NCBI GenBank assembly: GCA_030390025.1 | Contig: CM059432.1 | Location: 125,304,001-125,368,000 of the forward strand | DNA length: 64,000 nt | Source of the DNA: Squalus acanthias | Taxonomy: Eukaryota | Direction: 5' to 3' | Shown here: piece after piece, positions 51,544 to 63,180 of the stretch | How positions within the stretch are numbered: the stretch's first letter is position 1 | How the letters are laid out: every line of letters begins with the position of its first letter | Program-made: the position numbers and the translations under genes | Notes under the pieces: model-generated | Seen by the model: only the letters and a program-made list of their open reading frames with translations | Databases searched by the model: none | Told to the model about the DNA's origin: nothing

Positions 51544-52869
51544 TGTAGGGGGCGGTATGTGGGGTCAGCCTTCACCTCTGACTCAGTGAGCAGTTCGAAT
51601 CGCTCCCACGCCCTGGTTCTAGACTTTGGACTTATTGTGAACAAAGATGCAGTAGACAACAGGTTCTGATGAAAGAATTTTGACTTTATTTAAAGAAAAA
51701 GGTAACAAACTTAAAACACACTTAATACTTAAACACAGGCTGGGGAACACACGGTACAGGCGAGGGAGAATGACAATATACAAAAAAAAACCTTATCCCT
51801 CACAAAAATCCCACTATCTAGCTAGGTTTTGGTTTCAGGAGATCAGGGATAATGCTCACCAAACGAATCCTTGACAGTTGACAGTTAGGGTTTAGAGTCT
51901 TTTGAGTAAAAGGTTTTGTAAGGCCCTTGTTGCCGCGAGGTGTCCGATGGTCACTGAGGCAGTCGCTCTGGTTTCTTCTTGCGTGTTGGTCTGCTTGTGA
52001 AGTTGTTGGCCTTCTTTCCTCCTCCTGCTCGTGGCTTGTGGTGTCTTGCTGGAGCAGAGCTGAGAGAGAGAGCTGTACGAGCATTGAGAGCATTGTCAGA
52101 GAGTCCAGAGAGAGAGAGAGTCTTGGGGGATCAGGCCCCCAATTATATTGTTCAGCTCCTTTGTCCTTTTCGCGCCCAAAACCCTTTACTAAATCGGTTT
52201 CCTTTAGATTTCAAATGAGCCCTGTTTATTCCATTGTCTTAGTTTTGGTGGGCTTGTTAGTTTCGATGGCTTTAACTTGGTGTTAAACATGTCCTGATGG
52301 CTTCCAATGTTTCCATTTGGACAGGGCCTTTATCTGCGCGCCAAATCTTGTCCCTATTGTCCTAGGTTTTTTGGTGGGCTTGTAAAACTGTCCCTGTGGA
52401 TACCTGGTTGATTGGTTTTTGATGAAGTAATCGGGGTACTAAATGTTTTATTGATTTCAGGCTTCTGGTATCCTGTTTGGGCCTGGGAATTTCAAAAGAG
52501 GTCTTGGATTATTCATATTTCGATGTGTGTGTGAGGCTTTGGGTTTGTCTCTTCCTCCTTGGTAGGAATGCAGTGTAAACAAATTCCCAGACAGCTTGAT
52601 TGGGCCCCAATACCCAAAGCTGTCCACTGCCTGACCACACCCCTCCGCAGCCTGTCTGTGTCTGTGAAAGGTGTCTTTCCCAACAGTAAGATTCAACGGT
52701 CATTTTCCTCAGGTTTTTTTCTTCCCTGATCTTTAAAATGTCCAAAACTGAGGTTTTTACCTCAAATCACTTCACTTATGTCCCATCATCCCAAGTTTGT
52801 ATGAAAGGTCCAAAAATCACTCCCTTTAGGGTTCTGTTCGAGTTTCTGGGGGATTTTGCGAAGCCTACA
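51544..52869 (-). mobile_element. Solo LTR (1326 bp; ERV- or Gypsy-like) nested in CR1
   Basis: Termini TGTAGG...CCTACA, 4-bp TSD AAGG. Minus-strand TATA-like ATATAA (~52143-52148) followed by a CT-rich tract, then AATAAA at 51685-51690. CR1 coding remnant resumes across it. Confidence 0.85.
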
Positions 52870-53639
52870 AAGGCTAAGAAATTAGGCTTTTCAGCCTGGA
52901 ACAAGGCACCCTGGAGGTGATCTTATAATAAGAATGTTAAGGGTATAGAAAATGTTAACATGAAATATTACTTTAAATTAAACAACAGGAGTAGAACTAG
53001 GGGACACAGGTACAAACTAGAGAAGGGTACTTTTAGGACTGATATCAGGAAATTCTCTTCACACAAAGAGTGATCAACAAGTAGAATAAACTTCTTGATA
53101 GAGTAATGCAGGCATAAACCCTGGAATAATTTAAGAAACAGTTGCATGCTACAATGGTGGGGGATGGGTGGGGTGGTGGCGTTAGGATGTCTCTGGAAGT
53201 ATCATTAAATTGGTTAAATAGCATTCCTCATCCATAATTATCTTGTAATCTAGTGCACATCTATAACGTCATACTTCAGAAACATCACATCTGTAGGGCA
53301 AAAAGTGATTTGCTCAAACTACTTATCTGTTAGCTTACCAGTCAATTATCTCAATTTACTAAATGAGAATGAATCACATATATCACAAAGGATTAAATAT
53401 GAACAAATCAGAAGTAGTCAAAAGTACAAATGAAGAACAACTAACCAGCAGTAAATCAATCAAATCCCTCAATTCTTTTCAAAACTACCCAGCAAGTATC
53501 AAAAATCACCTGATGCAATCAGGCAAGAGACATATTTGACTTCTTTGGCTTCTGAGCAATTGTAAAGTATACCTCTGGTAGACGTCCCAATTCATCAGTC
53601 TTTCTGAACACATCAGAAAGAAAGTCAAGGCCCCTGCCA

Positions 53640-54030
53640 CAGCCAATTGTTTTTGCTTCACTGGAGCCACTGGACTCGATATTCATTCCCTCCTACACTG
53701 ACTCTGTGGCTGCAGTATGTACTGTGTACAGGATGCACTGCAGCAATTCACCAAGCTTGCTTTGACAGCACCTCCTAGCTCCGTGACTTCTACAACCGAG
53801 AAGGACGGGTAGCAATATCATGGGGACACTATTATCTCCAAGTTCTCCTCTTGGAGTAACAGTCCATCCTGAATTGAATATATTGCTGTTCTTACATTAT
53901 CACTGGGTCAATAGCTTGGAATTGCCTTCCCAATACCATCGTGAGAGTGCCATCACCACAAAGAGTGCAGTGGTTCAAGGAGCACCTTCTCAGACATGAG
54001 CAATAAAATGAGGTCTTGCATATGTAAATC
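53640..54030 (+). mobile_element. Degenerate non-LTR retrotransposon 3' end (clade uncertain)
   Basis: Remnant SWNCLP motif (GCTTGGAATTGCCTTCC) typical of LINE ORF2 C-termini, followed by AATAAA. Confidence 0.5.
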
Positions 54031-54324
54031 AAAAATTGACTTTCCTGTCTAACTGGAAAAACTTAAGTCCTATTTTCCCAAGGTGGAAAATACAATCAAT
54101 CTTCACTGGCTACATTCCATGTATACTAGCAATTTTTCTCCTGCCTTTTTTTAGGGACATATTCCCTATCAAGGCACACACTAATTTCCCACACTGGATA
54201 CCCCACCTTGAGCTTCTTGCTTCCAAGAGGGCAACTCTAAAATGCATCACCAATGGTGCTATTGTTCAGAAGACATGTAAGAGAAATTAAGTGGGACTCC
54301 CCATCTGGTTTACCCTCCACTGAG

Positions 54325-54640
54325 AGTGAGCCTTTGGCGCAGTGGTAGCATTCCCGCCTCTGGGCCAGAAGGTGCAGCGTTCAAACCCCACTCCAGACAG
54401 TCCCGATGAGTGGAGTTGGAGCTCTGGCTTTGAATTCTGGGAATCCAGTGGGATACTCGCATCCAGTGGGTGTGGGTGGCCCCCCTCCCCTCATCGTATG
54501 GGTTGTGGAAGCCCATAAAACCCTCCCGTTGTATAGGACTAACCACCCTATCGGCTGGTATAATGATGGTTATGGCCATTGAAGGAGCATTAACGCAGCC
54601 AGTCAGACAGTTAATCAGCCTGCAGATCCATCCACTACTT
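54325..54640 (+). mobile_element. tRNA-headed SINE-like element with a different body
   Basis: A box TGGCGCAGTGG (54335-54345) and B box GTTCAAACC (54379-54387). Head resembles the Deu-SINE, but downstream sequence is unrelated. 3' end uncertain. Confidence 0.55.
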
Positions 54641-55030
54641 CACACTGTTCCCCAAACGGAACAGCGAGAAGAAGACCCTCCACTAGTCAGGAGATGCCTG
54701 ACTACTGCTTGGTGCCTCTTGATTGGTATCTCAGTAGAATACCTCTACTCTTGTGGCAGTTCCCTCTCTTTCTTGTGGGTATTACAATTCACGTTCCATT
54801 CCAAGACTTTATTATATCTTCAGGACATCCAAAGTGCTTCACAACCAAAGCATTACATTTGAAGTGTAGTCACTGTTATGTGGCAGCCAAATCCACATCC
54901 ATCTTTAAGGCCAAATGTTTCTTAGGAATAACTGTACTGCATCTTGTCCCCTTTCAATTGTTCTGTGTTATCAGCTGCCAAAGCATAATTCCCTTGGCAG
55001 TACTGAAGACGTGCTGTTTTTCTTTCAATG

Positions 55031-55500
55031 AAAGAAAGAAAGACTTGCATTTATATAGCGCCTTTCACAACCACCAGACATCTCAAAGCGCTTTACAGCC
55101 AATGAAGTACTTTTGAAATGGAGTCATTGTTGTAATGTGGGAAACGCAGCAGCTAATTTGCGCACAGCAAGCTCCCACAAACAGCAATGTGATAATAACC
55201 AGATGATCTGTTTTTGTTATGTTGGTTGAGGGATAAATATTGGCCAGGACACCAGGGATAACTCCCCTACTCTTCTTCGAAATAGTGCCTTGGGATCTTT
55301 TATGTCCACCTGAGAGAGCAGACGGGGCCTCGGTTTAACATCTCAACTGATAGACAGCACCTCTGACAGTGCAGCACTCCCTCAGCACTGCACTGGAGTG
55401 TCAGCCTAGCTTTATGTGCTCAAGTCCCTGGAGTGGGACTTGAACCCACAACCTTCTGACTCAGCGGCAAGTGTGCTACCAACTGAGCCACAGCTGACAC
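55031..55500 (-). mobile_element. Deu-domain SINE copy, full length
   Basis: Full-length reverse-complement match including A and B boxes. Confidence 0.9.
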
Positions 55501-56187
55501 TGAGTTTAATTTGTATCCCTCAGAGGGTATTTGAAAAAAATATTTATGCAAAAGTTGCCTTGTGACATCTTGAACCCAGCTAGTTTCATTTCTGCCAGAT
55601 GAGCAGGAGTAACAGAAACCATCTGAACCTATTAAAGCTGATAAGGCAATCCCAGGGATAGGTGGCTGGAATCTTGGGTGCCAGTCGCTACAGAAGCACT
55701 GTTGGCTACCCTTATAGTGTTACCGTTTTCTCCCCCATGATAAGCAGATTAGGGCAGAAGAACCCCTTTCACTAGATGGCTGTTGGAGGTTAAAGATGAG
55801 AAGCAGCAAACAAATGGGTGGCTCTTTTGGAAGGCAAGGGACACCTATGCTCCCATCCAAAACAGGCACTGCTCAGGTACTTCACCTGCAGCATAGGGCG
55901 GATCTCTCATTTATTTAAAAACCAAGCTCACCCTGAGCCTAGGGTTTGAGCATCACAGGCATTTCAGGGGCACATTATAGCGTGCCAGGCAAATGGGTGC
56001 TGAGCAGACCTCAGCTTTACCACCCCACAATGCATGAAGTTGGCGTTCATCAGCACTACAAGTGTCAAGCGCCAAATTATCGGTCCCTTTTGTCTCTATC
56101 ATTGTCCCATGGGCAACCTGAGAAATAGGGCAAGCTTCTGGTGGGCAAGAGTGCACAGTCCAATCTACACACACTACCCATCCTGAC

Positions 56188-56350
56188 CAACGTTCCTGCT
56201 AAGCTGCGCGGTCGCGCGGCCACGCAGCTGTCTGGAGGTCCCGCGCAGGCAGCTTACTGGCATCTCAATGGGAGATTTCGCGAAATTTTGAATGGGCCGC
56301 GCAGCCTGTTAAAGGGACCGCGCGCCGCCAAAAAATTAGGGGGAACATTG
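56188..56350. mobile_element. hAT-type MITE, 163 bp
   Basis: TIR CAACGTTCCTGCTAA / TTAGGGGGAACATTG (12/15), perfect 8-bp TSD ATCCTGAC (56180-56187, 56351-56358), CpG-rich. Confidence 0.9.
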
Positions 56351-56697
56351 ATCCTGACCCTACTATTCTGCAAAATTATAACTCTGCTTTTAGAAATACC
56401 AAATTGTCAGATTGTTCGTGATAAAATCCTTAATGAAAAATGGAAGAATGCTTTTTTTCCTGCATAGTTAAGGACATGCGAATGAAATTCGGAATGTGTA
56501 AGAATGCAAGTTTATCAACGGGTTAGCTGTTTTTTGTTAAAAGAGGAATTTCATCCCCAATATTAGTTGTTTTACCATTATTACCACCAATTAAGGAAAA
56601 CTAGTCTTTAAAAGGGCATTCCAGTATGGCGGTAGGCACTTCCTGATCTAATTTGCACCAGTTATATTCAGTTGTAAACAAAGCAGCTACACGTAAT

Positions 56698-57068
56698 AGA
56701 AATGGAAAATGCCGGAAATACTCAGCAGGTCAGGCAGCATCTGTGGAGAGAGAAACAGAGTTAACGTTTCAGGTCGATGACCCTTCATCAGAACTGGAAA
56801 ATGTTACAGATGTAACAGGTTTCAAGAAAGTACAGAGGCGGGGAAAGGGGGGAGGGGAGGAAAGAACAAAAGTCAAGGTCTGTGATCGGGTGGAAGGCAG
56901 GAGAGATTAAATGACAAAAGGGATGATGGTGCAAGGCAAAAGGGGGTGGTAATGGGCTGTTCTGACGAAAGGTCACCGACCTGAAACGTTAACTTTGTTT
57001 CTCTCCCCACAGATGATGCCCGACCTGCTGAGTATCAGATTTCCAGCACCCTCAGTATTTTGCTTTTG
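56698..57068. mobile_element. Penelope-like remnant with inverted terminal segments and two hammerhead motifs
   Basis: Same family as 31336-31562. Minus-strand motif CTGATGA..GAAACGTT at 56759-56795, plus-strand motif CTGACGA..GAAACGTT at 56959-56993. Confidence 0.75.
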
Positions 57069-57314
57069 TATGCAATCTGATAGCTTCCACCCATTTCCTA
57101 GAATTCCTACTGTGGTATAGATTAGATATGGTAGTTGGAATATAACAATTGAAGAAGAAATGTAAATTATTTATCTTTAAATTTCATAATCATACACCTA
57201 GTTCACCAAGTACTGTTCCATAATTTTCCTTCTAGATTAATAGACTGCTGGTGTTAAATTAGCAATCAGTTCCTGCTAAATGTAAGTTTAGATTTAAAAA
57301 GTGGTGTCGATAAA

Positions 57315-57694
57315 GAAGGAAAGACTTGCATTTATATAGCTCCTTTCACGATCTCAGGACATCCCAAAGAGCATTACAGCCAATGAGGTACTTTTCAACT
57401 GTAGTCACTGTTGCAATGTAGGAAACACGGCAGCCAATTTGCACACAGCAAGGTCCCGCAAACAGCAATGTGATAATGACCAGATCATTTTTTTTTTTAG
57501 TGATGCTGGTTGAGGGATAAATATTGGCCAGAATGGTCATTCGAAAGACAGCACCTCCGACAGTGCAGCACTCCCTCACTACTGTGCTGGAGTGTCAGCC
57601 TAGATTTTGCACTCAGGTCTCTGTAGTGGGACTATTGAACCCACAACCGCCTGACTGAGAGATGGGAGTGCTATCACTGAGCCACAGCTGACAC
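57315..57694 (-). mobile_element. Deu-domain SINE copy with internal deletion
   Basis: Reverse-complement match lacking the middle segment near 57535. Confidence 0.85.
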
Positions 57695-57925
57695 CAATTG
57701 AAGAAGAAATACAAATGATGTAAGCATGTCTATGTACATGTTTACAACACAAAACTCCCTTCACTTGGTTTAATTATAAACACTTCCTTTATTAAAGTTT
57801 AGTTATCACCTCCTTCAGGCTGTAGCTTTTGGGTTCCCCTGAAGTCACTTCCTAACCTAATGCTGATGTCTCTAATGGTTTGAAAAAACAGAGGATAGTT
57901 GTCTGATGGTGATTCTATATAGTGA

Positions 57926-58730
57926 GAACAACAAAAACTTGCATTTATATAGCACCTTTAATGTAGTAAAATGCCCCAGGGCACTTCACAGGAGCATTAT
58001 CAAACAAAGTTTGGCACCAAGCCACATAAGGAGATATTAGGACAGGTGACCAAAAGCTTGGTCAAAGAGGTAGGTTTTAAGGAGCGTTTTAAAGGAGGTG
58101 AGAGAGGTAGAGAGGCAGAGAGATTTAGGAAGGTAATTCCAGAGCTTAGGGCCTCGGCAGCTGAAGGCACGGCTGCCAATGATAGAGCGATGAAAATCGA
58201 GGATGCGCAAGAGGCCAGATTTGGAAGAGCGCAAAGATATTGGAGGTTTGTAGGGTTGGTTACAGAGATAGGGAAGGGCAAGGAGATGGAGGGATTTGAA
58301 AAGAAGGACGACAATTTTAAAATCGAGGTGTTGCCAGATCGGGAGCCAATGTAAGTCAGCGAGTGCAAGGTTGATGGGTGAATGGGACTTGGTGCAAGTT
58401 AGAATATGAGCAGCAGAGTTTTGGATGAGCTCAAGTTTAGGGAGGTGGGAGGCTGGCCAGGAGAGCATTGGAATAGTCAAAGCTAGAGGTAACAAAGGTA
58501 TGGATTAGGGTTTCAGCAGCAGATGAGCTGATGCAGGGGCAGAGACCGGTGATGTTATGGAGGTGGAAGTAGGCGGTCTTGGCAATGGAGCGGATATGAG
58601 GTCAGAAGCTCAGATCAGGGTCAAATAAGATGCCACGGTTGCGAGCGGTCTGGTTCAGCCTCAGGCAGTGGCCAGGGAGTGGGATGGAATCGGTGGCTAG
58701 GGAACGGAGTTTGTGGCGAGGACCGAAGAA
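57926..58730 (-). mobile_element. L2 LINE 3' fragment
   Basis: KLELIQNSAAHILT...LADLHWLPI...FKTLLKTYLFDQAF. Confidence 0.9.
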
Positions 58731-58959
58731 AGGGCAGAAACACGTGATTGTCCCTCAAATGTATCTTAAAGGGCACACATTCTTTTTTTCCTCAGTTGGG
58801 TGTCAGATCTACTTATGGTGCATAATGGAGTATATCATAATCAGAATAACAATGACTACATACATCAGCAAAAAGGATTGGTGTACCTTCGAGGTAATCA
58901 TCTTGTGAGCATCCTAAACATAGAGCACTTTAATGTGACGCCATCTTCATCCTTGTCTT

Positions 58960-59331
58960 CAAATCGCCCCAAGGCCTCACTCATCCCATCTCTGTAATCT
59001 TCTCCAGCCCTACAATCCTCAGAAAACACTGTGTTCCTCAAACTTTAGCCTCTAGTGCATCTCCCACTTCCTTTGCCCCACCATTGGCAGTTGTGTCTTC
59101 AGCCTTCTGGGCTCTATGCTCAGTAATTCCCTCTCTAAACCTCTCTGCCTCTACCTCTCTCTCCTCCTTTAAGATGTTCCTTAAAACCTACCTCTTTGAC
59201 CAAGCTTTTGATCACCCGTCCTAATATCTCCTTCTTTGGCTCAGTGTCAATTTCTGTCTGATAATGCTCTTATGAAGGGCCTTGGGTTGTTTTACTACAT
59301 TAAAGGCGCTATATAAATGCAAGTTGTTGTT
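58960..59331 (+). mobile_element. L2 LINE 3' fragment
   Basis: Matches 13920-14280 by eye. Confidence 0.88.
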
Positions 59332-59334
59332 TTA

Positions 59335-59643
59335 TAGAATCATAGAATGGTTACAGCACAGAAGGAGGCCATTCAGCTCGTCGAGACCATGCCCGCTTTC
59401 TGCAAGAGCACTTCAGCTAGTCCCACTCCCCCGCCCTTTCCCCGTAGCCCTGCAAATTTTTTTCCTTCAGGTACTTAACCAACTCCCTTTTGAAAGCCAC
59501 AATTGAGTCTGCCTCCACCACCCTTTCAGGCAGTGCATTCCAGATCCTAACCACTTGCTGCGTAAAAAAGTTTTTCATCATGTCGCCTTTGGTTCCTTTG
59601 CCAATCACCTTGAATCTGTGTCCTCTGGTTCTCGACCCTTCCG
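59335..59643 (-). mobile_element. CR1 LINE 3' end
   Basis: KNFFTQQVVRIWNALPERVVEA. Tail similar to 5261-5500. Confidence 0.88.
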
Positions 59644-60217
59644 TCTTCTTCAGTTGGCATTAGTGGTATAAATACAAATTTTACAATTTATTTAAAGTTT
59701 ACATTTTTGGAAAATTTTAGGGTCATGAATTATGTATCCCAATGCCAGGTCTGGCATTTGCCTTGCGGGGCCTTGTGCAAAGGTTCGGTAAGGGCCCTTA
59801 CATTTTACTAGACATGCTGATGAGTTGCACAAGCACACAACCAGTAGGGCTCATCCTTGCACATCTGTCGGTGGGGACACTGCTATGGTGCTTCATGGAT
59901 TTGAAATGCCTCTTCAATGTTTTCCATCAGAAATCTGTGCCTCGCTAAGAAGCCTGAAGCTTGAGTTCATGTTGCTCCTCAGAGTAATCACTCTGTCAAT
60001 GGCAGAGACTCAACTCGGTAGCATATTACAAATCCCAGCATTCATCTGTGCCTACAACTCCCAGAATCCTTTTTATGATTAACAAGAAGACTGAATATTC
60101 CCAGAGCATGCCACGACTTGTCCTTTCCTCCACTCCTACGTATTGATGAAAGCTCCTGAAGAAACCGTTCCTAAGAGCAGTATGTAACTTGCATTTTTTG
60201 TACAAAACTTTAAAACG

Positions 60218-60673
60218 AAAAGAAAAAAGAAAGACTTGCATTTATATAGCGCCTTTCATGACCACCGGACGACCCAAAACGCTTTACAGCCAATGAAGTA
60301 TTTTTTGAAGTGTAGTAAACACGGTAGCCAATTTGCACACAGCAAGCTCCCACAAACAAGCAAGCAATGTGATAATGACCAGATAATCTGTCTTTTTTTG
60401 TGATGTTGATTGAGGGATAAATATTGACCAGGACACCAGGGATAACTCCCCTGTTCTTCTTCAAAATAGTGCCATGGGATCTTTTATGTCCATCTGAGAG
60501 AGCGGCTTAACATCTCATCCAAAATACAGCACCTCCGACAGTGCCGCACTCCCTCAGTACTGCACTGGAGTGTCAGCCTAGATTCTTGTGCTCAAATCTC
60601 TGGAGTGGGACTTGAACCCACAACTTTCTGACTCACGGGCAAGGGTGCTACCAACTGAGCCAGTGGTTGACAC
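60218..60673 (-). mobile_element. Deu-domain SINE copy
   Basis: Near full-length reverse-complement match. Confidence 0.88.
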
Positions 60674-61609
60674 AAGATAAAGCAAGAACTCCTCAACTTT
60701 TTGTGAGTACCTTTGCTGAAAAAATGTAGTTTATCATATTCAACAAGCTGCCTCTACTTTGCCCCAACAAGGAAGAGTATCCCCTACTGCACCATTGTGA
60801 CTTTTTCCATTGCCCATATCCTCGCATACCTCTCAGCAAGATTACCAATCTAGTGTCAACTATTGCCAAATTAGTCTCAGTTTGGTGCTGTGAGCCCATC
60901 CTGGGGGTTTAGGCTGTAAATATTCATTCCACTCTAGCCTCAGTATCTGCACTCACCTTCACTACTGGTAGGAAACATGATTTCAGACTTAAAACATTGA
61001 TTTTTGTCAGGGTTGAATTGGTAGATTAAAAACAAAACTGGCTCCCACCACCTAGCAAGAATTAGCCCAGGTGAAAAACCTCACTAAATTGATGATAAAG
61101 TATTTGCAACCAATCGATAGGAGATAGTTCCTACCCTACTGTGTTTTCCAACCTGGTAAACAGTTACGTCAAACCAAATTCTGGCATATGTCCTTTCAGG
61201 AAGAGTTTTGAGTGCTGAGGCAGAGCCTAGCTTTCAGTAAAGAGCAGAGTTTTGGGCAATGGCACAAAAACCTGAAATCAAGAAACACATCGGTTGTGTT
61301 TCCAGGTTGCACCTTCTCAATATTCTCAACTGGTAGGCAGGTATGTGGGTTGTTCAACAGAGAGTGGTGAATCAGGGGTCTGATTTATGATTAGCAAGAG
61401 CAAAGTAGATTGGCAACTCATTTTAACATAAGGAGCTCAGTATGACACACTGTTACTCATAAAGAACAACACTTGTCGGCTCACAGTGGTGTTTCTTTGC
61501 TCCATGGAAGCATCCTCCTTCCTGGATCACTAACTATTTGGCACACGATGATGCAGCAAGTAGTCTAGCACTGAAAGTTTATCCCTCCTGACCAAACATT
61601 TGTTTGCTT

Positions 61610-62021
61610 GCGTTCCAGCCTTCCCCATTACTCAGATGATGCCTACCTCAGGCAGGTCAGCTACCTCGGCCCCTACCACATATATATACATTTTATCCAC
61701 CCTTTTGGTTCGTGCCTTTTTCCTTTTTTCTCTCTCTCTCCCCCTACGGCAGCTGTCTCTCTGCCAGCATTTCACACTTCACCTTTTGTTTCTTAACCTG
61801 TCCCATTACCATCTCGTCTTGCCTTGAGCATCTCATAATGTCTCTACTTACCATAGTTATTCCTCCCCCCAGCCTCCCCCTTGCATTTTTATCTGTTTCA
61901 TTTCCTGCTCTTTTCTCAGTTCTGACGAAGGGTTGCGACCTGAAACGTTAACTCTGTTTCTCTCTCCACGGATGTTGCCTGGCCTGCTGAGTTTTTCCAG
62001 CGTTTTCTGTTGTTGTTTCAG
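61610..62021 (+). mobile_element. Penelope-like 3' remnant with hammerhead motif
   Basis: Pyrimidine-rich tract followed by AGTT-CTGACGA-AGGGTTGCGACCT-GAAAC-GTT-AACT (61918-61953), then the same tail as the 31.4 kb element. Left boundary approximate. Confidence 0.7.
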
Positions 62022-62546
62022 CCTACTCTAATCCCTGCTTGAGCATCATGCTTATTACCCTGGCAATAATGAGCTTCGTGAAAAGTTAAAAGGACATGTG
62101 TGTGGGGTGTGCATATGGGAAAGGTTTGTGGTGCGCCCACCATCACTTTGTTGGTGGATGTGCCTAATCACCGGTCGCCCACGGCCAGCCACCAGTCAGT
62201 TCACAGCTAATCTACAACGGCAGGCACTATTCAGCCACCCACTAGTCAGCAGCAGTCGGATCGGTGTGTGGAGTGGAGGGGTGTTGTGGGGAGCGGAGGG
62301 TGGAGATTGTCAGGGTCCTCAGGAAACAGTGAGATCAGAATCAGGGCTGGCAGGGCAGTACTGGTACATTCTGTTTTTATAATAAGGTTCCAAGTTAATG
62401 CAGAAGTGTTAAGGGAGCAAAAGAAACAGCACAACTCTTCCGTATTAACGCTAACTTACCATATAAGCTGATTGATTAAGTGCCACTGCCTCTTTAGTTC
62501 GAGAATTTATGTTGATTAGGAAAAGGGTGTGATTAATGTGTCAGAC

Positions 62547-63180
62547 TACAACAACAACTTGCATTCATATAGCAACTCTAACATAGGAAAATATCCCAAA
62601 GCACTTCACAGCAGCATAACCAAAAAAATGGATGCAGAGCCAAAGAAGGCGATATTAGGAGTGATGACCGAAAGCTTGGCTAGGAGGTTGGTTTTAAAGA
62701 GAGTCTTAAAGTAAGAGAGGAAGGTGGAAAAGTGGAGGAGTTTAGGGAAGGAATTCCAGAGCATGGAGCCTAGGTGACTGAAGGCATGGCCGCCAATGGT
62801 GAGGCGCAGGTGAAGTGGAATGCACAGAGGCCAGAGTCAGAGGAATGGAGAGTTTGCGGGGTGGATTGTAGGGCTGGAGGGGTTTACAGAGTTAGGGAGG
62901 GGTGAGTCCATGAAGGGATTTTAATGTAAGGATGAACATTTTAAACTTGAGGCATTGGGGGACTGGAAGCCAATGTAGGTGACCAAGGACAAAGGTGATG
63001 GGTGAGCGAGACTTGGTGTGGGATAGGACACCAGACAGTAGAGTTTTGGATGAACTGAAGTTGACAGAGGATGTGGAATGAAAGGTTAGTTAGGAGACCA
63101 TTGGGCTAATGGAGTCTGGAGATGACAAAGGCATAAATAAGAGTTTTATGCAGAAGCTGGCCTCAAATAGGGGAGATGCG
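62547..63180 (-). mobile_element. L2 LINE 3' fragment
   Basis: Matches 57926-58560 by eye. Confidence 0.85.

Larger units (their letters stand above)
46330..53240 (+). mobile_element. Old, long CR1 LINE ORF2 remnant (EN to RT to 3' end), interrupted by the Harbinger element and the solo LTR
   Basis: Frameshifted motifs ILMGDFN (~46440), WKQANVVPMFKKGDK..GNYRP (~47385), KFADDTKL (~47900), RPHLEYC (~51415). Confidence 0.88.
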
